A stretch of DNA of 64,000 nucleotides from Candidatus Woesebacteria bacterium (GCA_013426185.1 CP058602.1:138231-202230); one strand, 5' to 3'; counted from the first letter of the stretch, positions 9,272-19,347 are shown. Notes: a model not told the origin generated them from the letters alone. Made by a program: numbers and translations.

Positions 9272-11875
9272 ATGGCAAATTGGAAGAGGGTTTTAAAGAG
9301 AAAAAAGCTTTCAAGATATATGTCAGTTGCTCCGAAGAGACTTGAGAAGAGTCAGAAGGTTCTTTTTTTTGCTAAGATTAGTTTTTTGTCTCTTTTGACT
9401 TTGTTTATTATTTTTATTGTTTCTATTCCTCTTTTTGCCTTTAATCTTCCCTCCCCTGATAAAGTTGTCCGCCGTGAGGGCTTTTCTACCAAAATTTTAG
9501 ATCGTAACGGTGAAGTTTTGTATGATATTTACGAAAATCAAAGGAGAACGCCAGTTTCTTTGAATGATATCCCTCTTTATTTGCGTCAGGCAACTGTTGC
9601 GGTTGAAGATAAGAATTTTTACAAGCATCAGGGCTTTGATGTAACAGGGTATCTGCGGGCTATTTTTAACATTGTTGTTCGTCACAAGTTGCAAGGTGGT
9701 TCTACTTTAACTCAACAGCTTGTCAAAAACACTCTCTTGACATCAGAAAGAACTCTTTTTCGCAAGATTAGGGAGTTTATTTTGGCAATTCAGATAGAGA
9801 GGAAATACACCAAGGATGAAATTTTGCAGATGTATTTAAATGAAGCCCCCTACGGCGGTACTGCTTGGGGAGTTGAGGCCGCATCCGAGCTTTACTTTGG
9901 CAAGAGCGTTAAAGATTTGAACCTAATAGAATCAGCTATTTTAGCCGGTCTTCCTCAACGTCCCTCAGTTTATTCGCCTTATTCTTCGACCCCCAAAGCT
10001 TATGTTGATAGAACGAAATCTGTTTTGCGCAGGATGAGAGAAGATGGTTATATCACAAAAGAGCAGGAAGACGAAGCTGTTAAGCAGCTTGAGAATGTTC
10101 AATTTAAGCCTAAAGAAACAGGTTTTAAGGCGCCGCATTTTGTCCAATATGTTCAAAAGGTTTTGGAAGAAAAATATAGCGAGGATGTAGTCACAAGAGG
10201 AGGGCTGAAGGTCACAACCACTCTTGATTTGAAGCTTCAGGAAAAAGCTCAGGATATTGTTAAAGAAGAAATTGCTAAGGTTGAAAAGTTAAATATCACC
10301 AATGGTGCTGCTGTTGTTTTAGATCCTGAAACAGGTGAAATTTTGGCAATGGTTGGTTCTAAGAATTTTTCAGACCCCAATTATGATGGCCAAGTAAATG
10401 TTACATTGTCTTTGCGTCAACCAGGTTCTGCCATAAAGCCAATAACTTATGCTGCTGCTTTCAAAAAGGGTTATACCCCTTCTACTCTTTTGATGGACGT
10501 TCCAACCGAGTTTGGAACAGGCCAAGGTGGAAAGCCTTATAAACCGGTCAATTATGATGGAAAATATCGAGGGCCGGTTCAGGTGAGATATGCTTTGGGG
10601 AATTCTCTCAATATTCCAGCAGTTAAGATGCTAGCTTTGGTAGGAATAGAAAACACTCTTCGGCTTGCTTATGACCTTGGCATTAATTCACTTGAGCCAA
10701 CGCGCGATACTTTAAGCAAAGTTGGACTTTCTTTAACTCTAGGTGGTGGCGAAGTCAGGCTTTTGGAGTTAACAAATGCTTACTGTGCTTTTGCCAATCA
10801 GGGATATCGAGTTGATCCTGTAGCTATTTTGAAAGTAGAAGATCTAAATGGTAAGGTTTTGGAGGAAGTTAAGCCCAAAAAGTCAAAGTCTGTCATCTCG
10901 CCTCAGGTGGCATATCTTATTGCCAACATTCTTTCTGATAATGATGCAAGGAAAGATGTTTTTGGTCCAAATTCTCTTTTGAATATTCCAGGAAGAACTG
11001 TAATGGTTAAAACTGGGACAACCAATGATAAAAGAGATAACTGGGCGATTGGTGGGAACACTCAAGTAATGGTTGGTGTTTGGGTTGGCAATAATGATAA
11101 TTCAGAAATGAAGCAAGTTGCATCAGGTGTTTCGGGTGCTTCTCCTATCTGGCGTCGAATTTTGCTTGAGGCGCTTTCTGGTAAACCCAATATTGGTTTT
11201 GAAAGACCAGATGGTATTGAAACTGTTGATGTTGATATTGTTTCAGGGTATCGCTCTCATGATGGTTTTCCTTCAAGGCCTGAGATTTTTATTAAGGGCA
11301 CGGAACCTGGTGATGATCCTGTTCATGTTAAGCTCAAGGTCTGCAAAAATGATGGGAAGATAGCAACACCAGCCGATATTGCAAGTGGTAATTATGAAGA
11401 GAAAGAATATTTTATCTTTAAGGAAGAGGACCCAACTTCAGGTGGTGGTCCTAATAAATGGCAAGAAGGAATTTTAAATTGGCTTTCAACTCAAAGTGAT
11501 CCTCGTTACCATCCACCAACGGAATATTGTGGAGCAACTAATCCCCTAAGTATCGATTTTGATACTCCTCGCGATAAAGATTCCAATATTTCTTCCAACT
11601 TTGAGGTGAGGTTAAAAGCTGATTCTACTTCTGATATTAAAGAAGTGTCTCTTTATATTGATGGTAGCCTTTTTCGCACTTTTACCAAGCCGCCTTATGC
11701 CGCGAATTTAAGTCTTGATAAGGGTGTTCATAGGCTTAAGGCAAGAGCAAAAGATCAAGATGGACATCAGTCAGAAAGAGAAATTACTATTGGAGTAGGG
11801 GTAGCTTGGGATTATGTCTCTCCCACTCCCCCACCAACCCTAATTGTTTCCCCATCACCCACACTTTCGCCTTGA
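9272..11875 (+). CDS. Class A penicillin-binding protein (PBP1A family) with C-terminal Ig-like domain
   Basis: EDKNFYKH and GGSTLTQQLVKN transglycosylase motifs; SAIK, SLN, KTGT transpeptidase motifs. Confidence 0.95.
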   Translation: MANWKRVLKRKKLSRYMSVAPKRLEKSQKVLFFAKISFLSLLTLFIIFIVSIPLFAFNLPSPDKVVRREGFSTKILDRNGEVLYDIYENQRRTPVSLNDIPLYLRQATVAVEDKNFYKHQGFDVTGYLRAIFNIVVRHKLQGGSTLTQQLVKNTLLTSERTLFRKIREFILAIQIERKYTKDEILQMYLNEAPYGGTAWGVEAASELYFGKSVKDLNLIESAILAGLPQRPSVYSPYSSTPKAYVDRTKSVLRRMREDGYITKEQEDEAVKQLENVQFKPKETGFKAPHFVQYVQKVLEEKYSEDVVTRGGLKVTTTLDLKLQEKAQDIVKEEIAKVEKLNITNGAAVVLDPETGEILAMVGSKNFSDPNYDGQVNVTLSLRQPGSAIKPITYAAAFKKGYTPSTLLMDVPTEFGTGQGGKPYKPVNYDGKYRGPVQVRYALGNSLNIPAVKMLALVGIENTLRLAYDLGINSLEPTRDTLSKVGLSLTLGGGEVRLLELTNAYCAFANQGYRVDPVAILKVEDLNGKVLEEVKPKKSKSVISPQVAYLIANILSDNDARKDVFGPNSLLNIPGRTVMVKTGTTNDKRDNWAIGGNTQVMVGVWVGNNDNSEMKQVASGVSGASPIWRRILLEALSGKPNIGFERPDGIETVDVDIVSGYRSHDGFPSRPEIFIKGTEPGDDPVHVKLKVCKNDGKIATPADIASGNYEEKEYFIFKEEDPTSGGGPNKWQEGILNWLSTQSDPRYHPPTEYCGATNPLSIDFDTPRDKDSNISSNFEVRLKADSTSDIKEVSLYIDGSLFRTFTKPPYAANLSLDKGVHRLKARAKDQDGHQSEREITIGVGVAWDYVSPTPPPTLIVSPSPTLSP

Positions 11876-11931
11876 AAATTTTTATTTGACAGATCAGTTA
11901 TAATATAGTTTAAAGCCTGCTTGTTTATTAG

Positions 11932-12294
11932 ATGACAAGAGAAATAACAAGGCATTCAAGTTGTGAGGATGAGCAAGAAGCGAGAGCTTTTGTTGGTCCT
12001 TATTGGAGTGAGTGGAAACACACTCTTCTTGATTATCTGAGTATTGAGGAATTTCCTGATGAATTGACAGAAAATACGCTTCATGAATGGTGGTGTTTGA
12101 GGATGAGGTTTATTCGTGGCATTATTGACAAGAATGAGTTTGATGAGGCGAGAGAGGAATTGTTTCCTGAAGGTGGAGAAATTACCAAACTTCTTGATGA
12201 AGATCCGAATGGTGTTTTAGCTCGTGGTATTCGTTATATAACTAAAAGAATATCAGATAAAAGTGATGGGGATATGAAAATCAGACAAAATTGA
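11932..12294 (+). CDS. Hypothetical protein
   Basis: 120-aa ORF with TTGACA upstream at 11886; no recognised motif. Confidence 0.6.
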   Translation: MTREITRHSSCEDEQEARAFVGPYWSEWKHTLLDYLSIEEFPDELTENTLHEWWCLRMRFIRGIIDKNEFDEAREELFPEGGEITKLLDEDPNGVLARGIRYITKRISDKSDGDMKIRQN

Positions 12295-12333
12295 GTGAGT
12301 TACTCCTACTTTTTTTGGATTAGTCTCTTTTTT

Positions 12334-14283
12334 TCACTTAACCGATCCCGCGTATTTTTTCTTAATTTCCTCGAGTATTTTTTCCCGCAGACTTGCAATT
12401 TCGGCGTCGTTTAGTGTTTTTTTGTTGCTTTGATAGGTGATTCTGAAGGTAAATGCATCTTGATAAATATCTTTTAGCTCTACATTTCTTATTAAATCGC
12501 TTGTTTTTCTGATTGATTCAATGACTTCACCAATTTTAGTTTTAGGAGGAAAAACGAAGGTTAGATCTTCAATCTGGGGTGGATAACTACTTACAGGAAC
12601 AAAAGTTTTAATCTTTGAACTATTTTTTAAAGCCTCAAGGTCAAGCTCAAATGCCCAGAGGATTTCTTTAACGGCGAAATTTTCTCTTACTTGTGGATTT
12701 ATTTCTCCAAAATAGCCGATATTTGACTCTTTTACTTTTATTGTCCCACTTTTTGCTGGATGAAAGATTGGTTCTTCTACTTCAAAGATAATTTTATAAT
12801 TTTCTATTCCCAGTCTTTCCAAGACTAAATCGATCGCCCCTTTAAACTCTCTAAATTCTACCCCCTTCCCTATAGCTGAAACTTTGTATTTTTCTTCAGG
12901 AAAAACTTTATCTATCTCAAAAAGTTTTACGGCTTTATCGGTATTTAATTTAGCGGCAAGAATAAGGCTTGGAATAAGAGATGACCTTAAATATTGATAA
13001 TCTAAACTAACGGGATTTTTAATTTTTATGTGTTTTTCAGGATCAGAAAGAGAATCTTTAATTATTTTTTCTGAGATAAGAGAGTAATTCATAGTTTCGC
13101 TGTAGCCTGATGCGATCATTATTTCTCTTAGTCTTTTTTCGATTTTGTTGTCTTTGAAGTAAGCTATTTTTTCTTCTTTTACTTTTCCTTCAGGTAGAGT
13201 TAAGGGAAAGTTATTGTAGCCGTAAATTCTGGCGACTTCTTCTATTAAATCCTCCTCGATTTTAAGATCGGATCTTTTAGTTGGTATAATGCAGGTTATT
13301 TTTTCGCCTTTAGCTTTAGGGTTTAAATTTAAGCTTGAAAAGATTTTTACCACTTTATCCTTTTTGATTTCTATTCCCAGTACTTCTTTTAATTTCTTTA
13401 GGTTAAGGTCAAGAGAATAAGGTTTGAATTCTTTTTGCTTTAAATCTATTAAATCTGAGGCCACTTCCCCACCGGCTATTTCGAGTATTAAATTGGCTGC
13501 TCTTTTGATGGCTTTAACAGTACCCCCTTTATCAGGGCCTCGTTCATAAATTGCTGAAGCGTCGCTTCTTAATCCTAGAGCAATTGAGGTTCTTCTTATT
13601 AATGCAGGATTGTTGATCGTTGAATGCAGGAGTATATTTTTAGTGTTTGCCTTAATTCCTGAGTTTAACCCCCCCTTAATGCCAGCCAAGTCTATAATTC
13701 TTTCTTTGTCTTTGATGATAATAGCGTCTTTTGGTAGTTTATAGGAAAGTTCATCAACGCTTGTAAATTCTTCCCCGCCTTGAGAAAGCATGACCGTCAT
13801 CTCGTGACCTTTAATTTCGTCATAGTCAAAAGCATGCATTGGCATTCCCATTTCAAACATCACAAAGTTGGTTATGTCAACAACATTGTTGATCGGTCTT
13901 AAGCCAACAGAAAGAATCCTTTTTTGAAGCCACTCTGGGGATGGTTTAATCGCTATTCCTGAGATGATAATTGCACTCCATCTCTCAATTGCCTGAAAAT
14001 TGTTCTTTAATTTTATTTCAAGGGTTTTTTTGGATTTTGCTAACTCTTTTATTTGTGGTTCTTTAACTTTATCGCCTTGGATTGCTGCTATTTCATAAGC
14101 TACACCAAGGATACTCATCCAGTCAGGCCGGTTGGCTGTGACCTCAATGTCTAAGACTTCCTCTCCGTTTATTTTTTCTAGCTTCTCTGATGTCAGGCCT
14201 ATTTCAGTCAAGCGCCACATTAAGTCTTTTAAGGGCAACTTTATTTCGATGTAGTCTTTGAGCCAAGAGACTGGTACTAACAT
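12334..14283 (-). CDS. pheT: Phenylalanine--tRNA ligase beta subunit (short form)
   Basis: TANRPDW, NNVVDITNFV, DLIEEVARIYGY, LRSSLIP. Confidence 0.95.
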   Translation of the reverse strand: MLVPVSWLKDYIEIKLPLKDLMWRLTEIGLTSEKLEKINGEEVLDIEVTANRPDWMSILGVAYEIAAIQGDKVKEPQIKELAKSKKTLEIKLKNNFQAIERWSAIIISGIAIKPSPEWLQKRILSVGLRPINNVVDITNFVMFEMGMPMHAFDYDEIKGHEMTVMLSQGGEEFTSVDELSYKLPKDAIIIKDKERIIDLAGIKGGLNSGIKANTKNILLHSTINNPALIRRTSIALGLRSDASAIYERGPDKGGTVKAIKRAANLILEIAGGEVASDLIDLKQKEFKPYSLDLNLKKLKEVLGIEIKKDKVVKIFSSLNLNPKAKGEKITCIIPTKRSDLKIEEDLIEEVARIYGYNNFPLTLPEGKVKEEKIAYFKDNKIEKRLREIMIASGYSETMNYSLISEKIIKDSLSDPEKHIKIKNPVSLDYQYLRSSLIPSLILAAKLNTDKAVKLFEIDKVFPEEKYKVSAIGKGVEFREFKGAIDLVLERLGIENYKIIFEVEEPIFHPAKSGTIKVKESNIGYFGEINPQVRENFAVKEILWAFELDLEALKNSSKIKTFVPVSSYPPQIEDLTFVFPPKTKIGEVIESIRKTSDLIRNVELKDIYQDAFTFRITYQSNKKTLNDAEIASLREKILEEIKKKYAGSVK

Positions 14284-14284
14284 G

Positions 14285-15295
14285 TTAGAATTGGGACAGA
14301 ATTCTTAGGTCAGGTGTTGTTAAAATTCTCAAGTCGTTTATGCTGTAACGCAGGTTGACGATTCTTGAAAGACCAATGGCAAAAGCAAAACCCTGCCATT
14401 TTTTGGGGTCAATTTTGCCTTTTTTTAAAACATTAGGATGTATCATTCCAGCAGGCATTATTTCACTCCAGCCGGTGTTTTTACAGAAAGCACAGCCTTT
14501 GCCATGACAAATGGTGCATTGAAGGTAAGTATCAACTCCCGGTTCCACGAATGGAAAGTTAGTGGTTGCAAATCTTAGTTTTGTTTTTTTACCAAAAAGG
14601 CTTTTCAAGACAAAGCTGATTGTTCCTAAAAGGTCAGTAAAGCGAATGTTTTTGTCAACAGCAAACCCTTCCACTTGCCAGAATTCAAAGCCGTGCGATG
14701 CATCTACCTGCTCAAAGCGAAAGTTTCTTCCCGGAACCAAGACTCTAAAAGGTGGTTTTGTTTTTTCCATTACTCTCACCTGCATTGCTGAGGTTTGGGT
14801 TCTTAGGATTTTTCCGTTTTCAAAGTAAAAAGTCATTTGGGTATCTCTTGCCGGGTGATCTTTAGGTATATTTAGCGCCTCAAAATTGTAATAATCAGAT
14901 TCAATTTCAGGTCCTTCTGCAACCTGGTAGCCCAGATATTTGAAGATATCTTTTACTTCTTCCAAGACTTCTTTCAACGGATGTTTATGCCCCATTTCAG
15001 GTTTTGTGCCGGGTAAAGTTAAGTCAAACCATTCCCTTTTCTCAGTTAAGCTCTTGATAAGATTTTGTTTTTTGTCGTTAAGCAGTTCTTCTATATTTTT
15101 CTTGGTTTCATTAATCAAAAGGCCTGTCTGGGATCTTTTTTCAGGAGGCAAATCTTTGATTTTTTTGATTAGATTGGTTAATTTTCCGTTCCTGCCAAGG
15201 TAAGCAATGCGAATTTCTTCAAGCTCGTCTATGCTTTTTGCCGTGTTTATTTGTGCAAAAGCCTCGTTTTTTAGGTTTATTATGTCTTCGTTCAT
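14285..15295 (-). CDS. pheS: Phenylalanine--tRNA ligase alpha subunit
   Basis: HPARD, LRTQTS, FPFVEP, GMIHPNV. Confidence 0.97.
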   Translation of the reverse strand: MNEDIINLKNEAFAQINTAKSIDELEEIRIAYLGRNGKLTNLIKKIKDLPPEKRSQTGLLINETKKNIEELLNDKKQNLIKSLTEKREWFDLTLPGTKPEMGHKHPLKEVLEEVKDIFKYLGYQVAEGPEIESDYYNFEALNIPKDHPARDTQMTFYFENGKILRTQTSAMQVRVMEKTKPPFRVLVPGRNFRFEQVDASHGFEFWQVEGFAVDKNIRFTDLLGTISFVLKSLFGKKTKLRFATTNFPFVEPGVDTYLQCTICHGKGCAFCKNTGWSEIMPAGMIHPNVLKKGKIDPKKWQGFAFAIGLSRIVNLRYSINDLRILTTPDLRILSQF

Positions 15296-15299
15296 AAAT

Positions 15300-15325
15300 A
15301 AAAAACCTCCGATTTTGGCGGAGGT
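15300..15325 (-). terminator. Intrinsic terminator (attenuator) immediately before the pheS start
   Basis: ACCTCCG-CCAAAAT-CGGAGGT followed by a T-run, 4 nt before the ATG. Confidence 0.8.
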
Positions 15326-15353
15326 AATTAAGACACTTTACCCCAGCCTTACT

Positions 15354-15395
15354 TTATATTCTAAAGCAAAAGCTGGTGTAAATAAAAGATGTCAT
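15354..15395 (-). CDS. Candidate pheM-like leader peptide MTSFIYTSFCFRI
   Basis: ATGA overlap with the rplT stop; 3 Phe codons; mutually exclusive hairpins follow. Confidence 0.65.
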   Translation of the reverse strand: MTSFIYTSFCFRI

Positions 15396-15730
15396 TTTAG
15401 GCTGGCAACAATTTTTTTGAAAACTTCAGGTGATTTGACAGCAATGTTGCTTAATATTTTTCTGTCGATTTCTATTTTATTGTCTTTCAAGAGTTTTATG
15501 AATCTAGAGTAAGAGAGATTTTCTTTTCGAACTGCAATGTTAAGCCTTATTATCCAGAGGCGCCTTAGGTCTCTCTTTTTGTTTTTTCTGCCAATATAAG
15601 CATACTGGCCTGCATGAAGAACTGCTTCTTTGGCAACCTTTAGCCTTTGACTTCTTGCCTGCTTGAAGCCTTTGGCTTTCTTTAGAATCTTGCGATGTTT
15701 TCTTGATGCTACTGATTTTGCTCTTGCCAT
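15392..15730 (-). CDS. rplT: 50S ribosomal protein L20
   Basis: KAKGF...RRLWIIRLN...IDRKILS. Confidence 0.97.
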   Translation of the reverse strand: MARAKSVASRKHRKILKKAKGFKQARSQRLKVAKEAVLHAGQYAYIGRKNKKRDLRRLWIIRLNIAVRKENLSYSRFIKLLKDNKIEIDRKILSNIAVKSPEVFKKIVASLK

Positions 15731-15736
15731 TTTAGT

Positions 15737-15931
15737 TTATTTGCCAAGTGCTCTTTTTATTTTCTTGGCCCAAGTTTTGTGAGTTTTTACTACACGACTT
15801 AAAGATCTCTTTTTATTGGCTGATTTTTTGGTATTTAAATGGCGTTTAAAGCCCTGCTTTCGCAAAAGCTTGCCCTTTTTAGTAAGCCTGAATCTCTTGG
15901 TAATGATTTTTTTAGTTTTGATTTTCGGCAT
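15737..15931 (-). CDS. rpmI: 50S ribosomal protein L35
   Basis: MPKIKT...KRFRLTKKGK; operon position. Confidence 0.95.
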   Translation of the reverse strand: MPKIKTKKIITKRFRLTKKGKLLRKQGFKRHLNTKKSANKKRSLSRVVKTHKTWAKKIKRALGK

Positions 15932-16475
15932 TTTTGTTTTCTCCTTCTTTTTTAACCTTGTTTAAGGGTGAAATCACGCTAGCTAGGTACCTTCCCAAAA
16001 ACTTCGGTTCCATATCTACGTTGATTTCCATTCCTACTTCAGCTATTACTCTTTTGATTATATCGTAGCCAAAGTTTTTGCTACCCATTTGTCTGCCTTT
16101 AAACTTAACCACGATTCTCACCTTGTTGCCGTCTTTTAAAAACTCTCTAATTCGTCCCAATCTGTTTTGAAAATCAGCTTCAGCTATAAAAGGTGAAAAT
16201 CTTATTTCTTTTGTTTCTCCTCCTTTTGCACCTTTTTTTTCTTTTTTAAGGCGTTTCTCTTGCTCGTATTTAAATTTACCGAGCTCGATCATTCTAACAA
16301 CTGGTGGATTGGCTTTAGGTGCAATCTCAACCAAGTCAAGTCCTAGCTCCTGGCACTTTTCAAGAGCCTCTTTTAAAGTCATTATGCCAACTAGTTTTTT
16401 GTTGGCATCAAGAACTCGCACTTTATCTGCTCTTATCTGTTGGTTTATTTTCCAGTTGTCTAAGATGTCTTTCAA
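15912..16475 (-). CDS. infC: Translation initiation factor IF-3 (non-ATG start, position uncertain)
   Basis: INQQIRA, LDLVEIAPKANPPV, KEIRF, KFKGRQ. Confidence 0.95.
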   Translation of the reverse strand: MKDILDNWKINQQIRADKVRVLDANKKLVGIMTLKEALEKCQELGLDLVEIAPKANPPVVRMIELGKFKYEQEKRLKKEKKGAKGGETKEIRFSPFIAEADFQNRLGRIREFLKDGNKVRIVVKFKGRQMGSKNFGYDIIKRVIAEVGMEINVDMEPKFLGRYLASVISPLNKVKKEGENKNAENQN

Positions 16476-16540
16476 TTTAGCCTTAAAAATTACTGATTCA
16501 TTTTACTAGAAAAAATTTTTTAAATCAATACTAATTTCCG

Positions 16541-16576
16541 TACACCCCCGGGGTGTACTGAGGCGACACCTCGGTA
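16541..16576. repeat. REP-like palindrome; left arm of the inverted repeat around the RAYT
   Basis: TACACCCCCGGGGTGTA plus GACACCTCGGTA; inverted copy at 17281-17316. Confidence 0.85.
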
Positions 16577-16582
16577 TTATTT

Positions 16583-17257
16583 TTATTCAATAGCTAGAGC
16601 CTTGATTTTTGCCAGTTTTCTTTGGTAATCAACTTGATTGAAAGTAAATTCCACCATTTTTTCTATTGATGGAAAGAATTTGAGAAGAAATTCTTTGTCG
16701 ATAATCTTTAGATCTCTTGTTCCTAGATAATCAGGAAAAGAGGTCCCTGGATAGGTTTTTAGGTCTTCTGGATTTTTAATCAAAAATGAGGTTAAGGGAT
16801 TAAGATGTATGTAACGAGCTACATGTACAAATTGTTCGTCATTTTCTATTCTCACCGCCTTAAAACCGGATTGGAATAGAGCTCCTGGTCTTTTGTTCCT
16901 TGTATTGTAGAATTTAGCAATACTGTTTTGGAAGTTGCCGATAAAAGATGAGATTCCTTTTTCTTTTATTTCTTTAGCTAAAAAATGGAAATGGTTAGGC
17001 ATTAAAGAAAAGGTAAAAATACTGATTCTTTTAGTATTATTTTCGATTGTATTATCCCAGAATAAGTTTTTATCCTCCGAGCTAAGCCTTGCGTAATGGG
17101 AGTATCTTATATCTAGGTTATCAAAAGCGTAGAATTTTATAGTTTCGATGGCTCTGTCGAGTAGTCTTTTTGATACAAAGATTTTTTCAGAGCCGACTGT
17201 TTTGTTGAATATATGATAAATTTCACCTTTGACGATTGGTTCTTTTCTAAGGGCCAT
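16583..17257 (-). mobile_element. REP-associated tyrosine transposase (RAYT, Y1/IS200-like HUH)
   Basis: YHIFNK, LMPNHFHFL HUH motif, GALFQ, YIHLNP catalytic Tyr; flanking palindromes. Confidence 0.9.
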
Positions 17258-17280
17258 TATATAAAATTTACATTAACAAT

Positions 17281-17341
17281 TACCGAGGTGTCAAGCTAGT
17301 ACACCCCCGGGGTGTGATTGGGGTGTGATTGGGGTGTGATT
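17281..17341. repeat. REP-like right arm plus three tandem GGGGTGTGATT units
   Basis: TACCGAGGTGTC...TACACCCCCGGGGTGT; 11-bp unit at 17309, 17320, 17331. Confidence 0.85.
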
Positions 17342-17349
17342 GCAATTCT

Positions 17350-19089
17350 TTAGAGGTTTTTAGAAATTTTTTCTTGTAAATCTTTAATAAAAGAGTCGAG
17401 GGTAAGTGCACCATAGTCCTTTCCATCTCTACCTCGGACGCTGATTTTTTTCTCTTTTTCTTCCCTATCACCAACTATGGCCATAAAATAGACTTTTTCT
17501 ATCTGAGCATCTCTTATTTTTGCTCCAAGTGTCTCGTTTCTCAAGTCAAGTTCTACTCTTATATTTTCCTCCCTTAATTTTGCAGTAATTTCTTCTGCAT
17601 ATTTTAGATTTCTCTCAGTTATGGGCAGAACTTTTACTTGAATTGGTGTGAGCCATAATGGAAAATTTCCAGCGTAGTTTTCGATTAAAATTGCCATAAA
17701 CCTTTCCATTGAACCAAGAGGGGCTCTATGGATTAAGACAGGCCTTTCAATTTTGCCTTCTTCGTTTACATACTCAAGTTGAAAACGCTCAGGAAGCATA
17801 AAGTCAACCTGAATTGTTCCACATTGCCACTCTCTTCCAAGAGAATCTTTAACAACGACATCAAGCTTTGGGCCATAAAAAGCCGCATCTCCCTCACTTT
17901 TGATAAATTCTAGCCCCTTTTTCTTGACTGCTTTGACGATTTCCTCTTCGGCTTTTTGCCAAATCTTGTCGTTTCCTAGATATTTTTCTTTTTTAGATCT
18001 AAGACCTAACCTTAAGTAATAATTTTTGAGCCCAAAGGTCTCGAGAAGATATGACATGTAGTCAAAAACACCTATAAACTCGTCAATAACTTGACTTTCA
18101 CGGCAGAATATGTGAGCGTCGTCTTGTGTAATATGTCTTACTCTTAGCATTCCTGAAAGCTCGCCCGGCTTTTCGTAGCGGTAGACGGTCGCAATTTCAG
18201 CTATTCTTAAAGGCAGCTCACGATAGCTTCTTTTTTCTGATTTATAAATCATCATATGGAAAGGACAATTCATTGGCTTGACCAAGTATTCGTCTTTATC
18301 AATTTTCATAGGTGAATACATCTTGTCGCGGTATAAATCCCAGTGACCTGATGTTTTCCATAGCTGTTTTTTGCCTATATGAGGAGTATAGACATGTTGA
18401 TAACCTCTTTTTGTCTGTTCTTTTATAATAAAGTTCTCAATTTCTCGTCTTATAATTGCTCCTTTTGGTTTAAGTAAAAGAAGTCCTTGTCCTATTTCTT
18501 CGCTTAGCAAAAATAAATCAAGGTCTTTGCCTATTTTTCTATGGTCTCTTTTTTTCGCTTCCTCAAGGTTTTTGAGAAAAATGTCAAGTTCCTCTTGAGT
18601 TTCAAAAGCAGTTCCGTAAATGCGGGTTAGCATTTTATTTTTTTCATCCCCGTGCCAATAAGCACCCGCAATTGAAAGCAACTTAAAGGCACCAACTTTT
18701 CCAGTTGAGGTGACATGAGGCCCTGCGCAAAGATCTACAAATTCATCCCCTGTTCTATATATTGTTGGTTTTTCTCCTCTTTTTTCTATCTCATCTAACC
18801 ATTCAAGTTTGAAAGGATTATCGGAGAAAATTTTTCTTCCTTCCTCAATAGTAATTTCTTCTCTTGTAAGAGGGAGATTGGCTTTGATAATTTTTTTCAT
18901 CTCAGCTTCAATTTTGGGAAAATCTTTTTCGCTAATCTCTTCCCCATTTGGGTCAAAATCAAAATAGAAACCGTCATCGGTTGCAGGCCCCATTGCCATT
19001 TTTACCTTTGGGAAGAACCTGAGAACAGCTTGGGTTAGAATGTGCTCTGTTGTGTGTCTTATAGCCTTTAGCTTTTCGTTTTTGTCCAT
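17350..19089 (-). CDS. thrS: Threonine--tRNA ligase (no N-terminal TGS domain)
   Basis: DLCAGPH, RDHRKIG, KPMNCP, QDDAH, IHRAPLGSMERF. Confidence 0.97.
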   Translation of the reverse strand: MDKNEKLKAIRHTTEHILTQAVLRFFPKVKMAMGPATDDGFYFDFDPNGEEISEKDFPKIEAEMKKIIKANLPLTREEITIEEGRKIFSDNPFKLEWLDEIEKRGEKPTIYRTGDEFVDLCAGPHVTSTGKVGAFKLLSIAGAYWHGDEKNKMLTRIYGTAFETQEELDIFLKNLEEAKKRDHRKIGKDLDLFLLSEEIGQGLLLLKPKGAIIRREIENFIIKEQTKRGYQHVYTPHIGKKQLWKTSGHWDLYRDKMYSPMKIDKDEYLVKPMNCPFHMMIYKSEKRSYRELPLRIAEIATVYRYEKPGELSGMLRVRHITQDDAHIFCRESQVIDEFIGVFDYMSYLLETFGLKNYYLRLGLRSKKEKYLGNDKIWQKAEEEIVKAVKKKGLEFIKSEGDAAFYGPKLDVVVKDSLGREWQCGTIQVDFMLPERFQLEYVNEEGKIERPVLIHRAPLGSMERFMAILIENYAGNFPLWLTPIQVKVLPITERNLKYAEEITAKLREENIRVELDLRNETLGAKIRDAQIEKVYFMAIVGDREEKEKKISVRGRDGKDYGALTLDSFIKDLQEKISKNL

Positions 19090-19146
19090 AAGATAAGCTT
19101 ATATTAAAACTTTTGCGAGGAAAAATCTATAAGGAGCGAGTTTTAG

Positions 19147-19220
19147 TGGACCCGAGGGGGATCGAACCCCTGACCTCTTGACTGCCAGCCAAGCGCTCTA
19201 GCCAGCTGAGCTACGGGCCC
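19147..19220 (-). tRNA. tRNA-Ala(GGC)
   Basis: Cloverleaf with G3:U70; anticodon arm CTTGG-CTGGCAG-TCAAG. Confidence 0.95.
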
Positions 19221-19279
19221 TTAGAATTTTATTTTAGCATACTGCATTATTTTAACAAAGTGTTTCTTCTTTAGGCTAA

Positions 19280-19336
19280 ATCCCGATCTGGCAAGCTAAA
19301 CCACTTCCGAAGTGGGCTGAGTTGCCATATCGGGAT
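19280..19336. repeat. 57-bp hairpin element with ATCCCGAT/ATCGGGAT ends, copy 1
   Basis: Nested stems ATCCCGAT/ATCGGGAT, TGGCAA/TTGCCA, CCACTT/AAGTGG. Confidence 0.8.
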
Positions 19337-19347
19337 ATTTAAGTCCA

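Noticed and set aside
9121-9345. 74-aa + strand ORF
   Set aside because: Translation of repeat mosaic B with 7-residue periodicity; overlaps the PBP start
17280-17474. 64-aa ORF
   Set aside because: Alternate frame of the thrS end plus REP repeats
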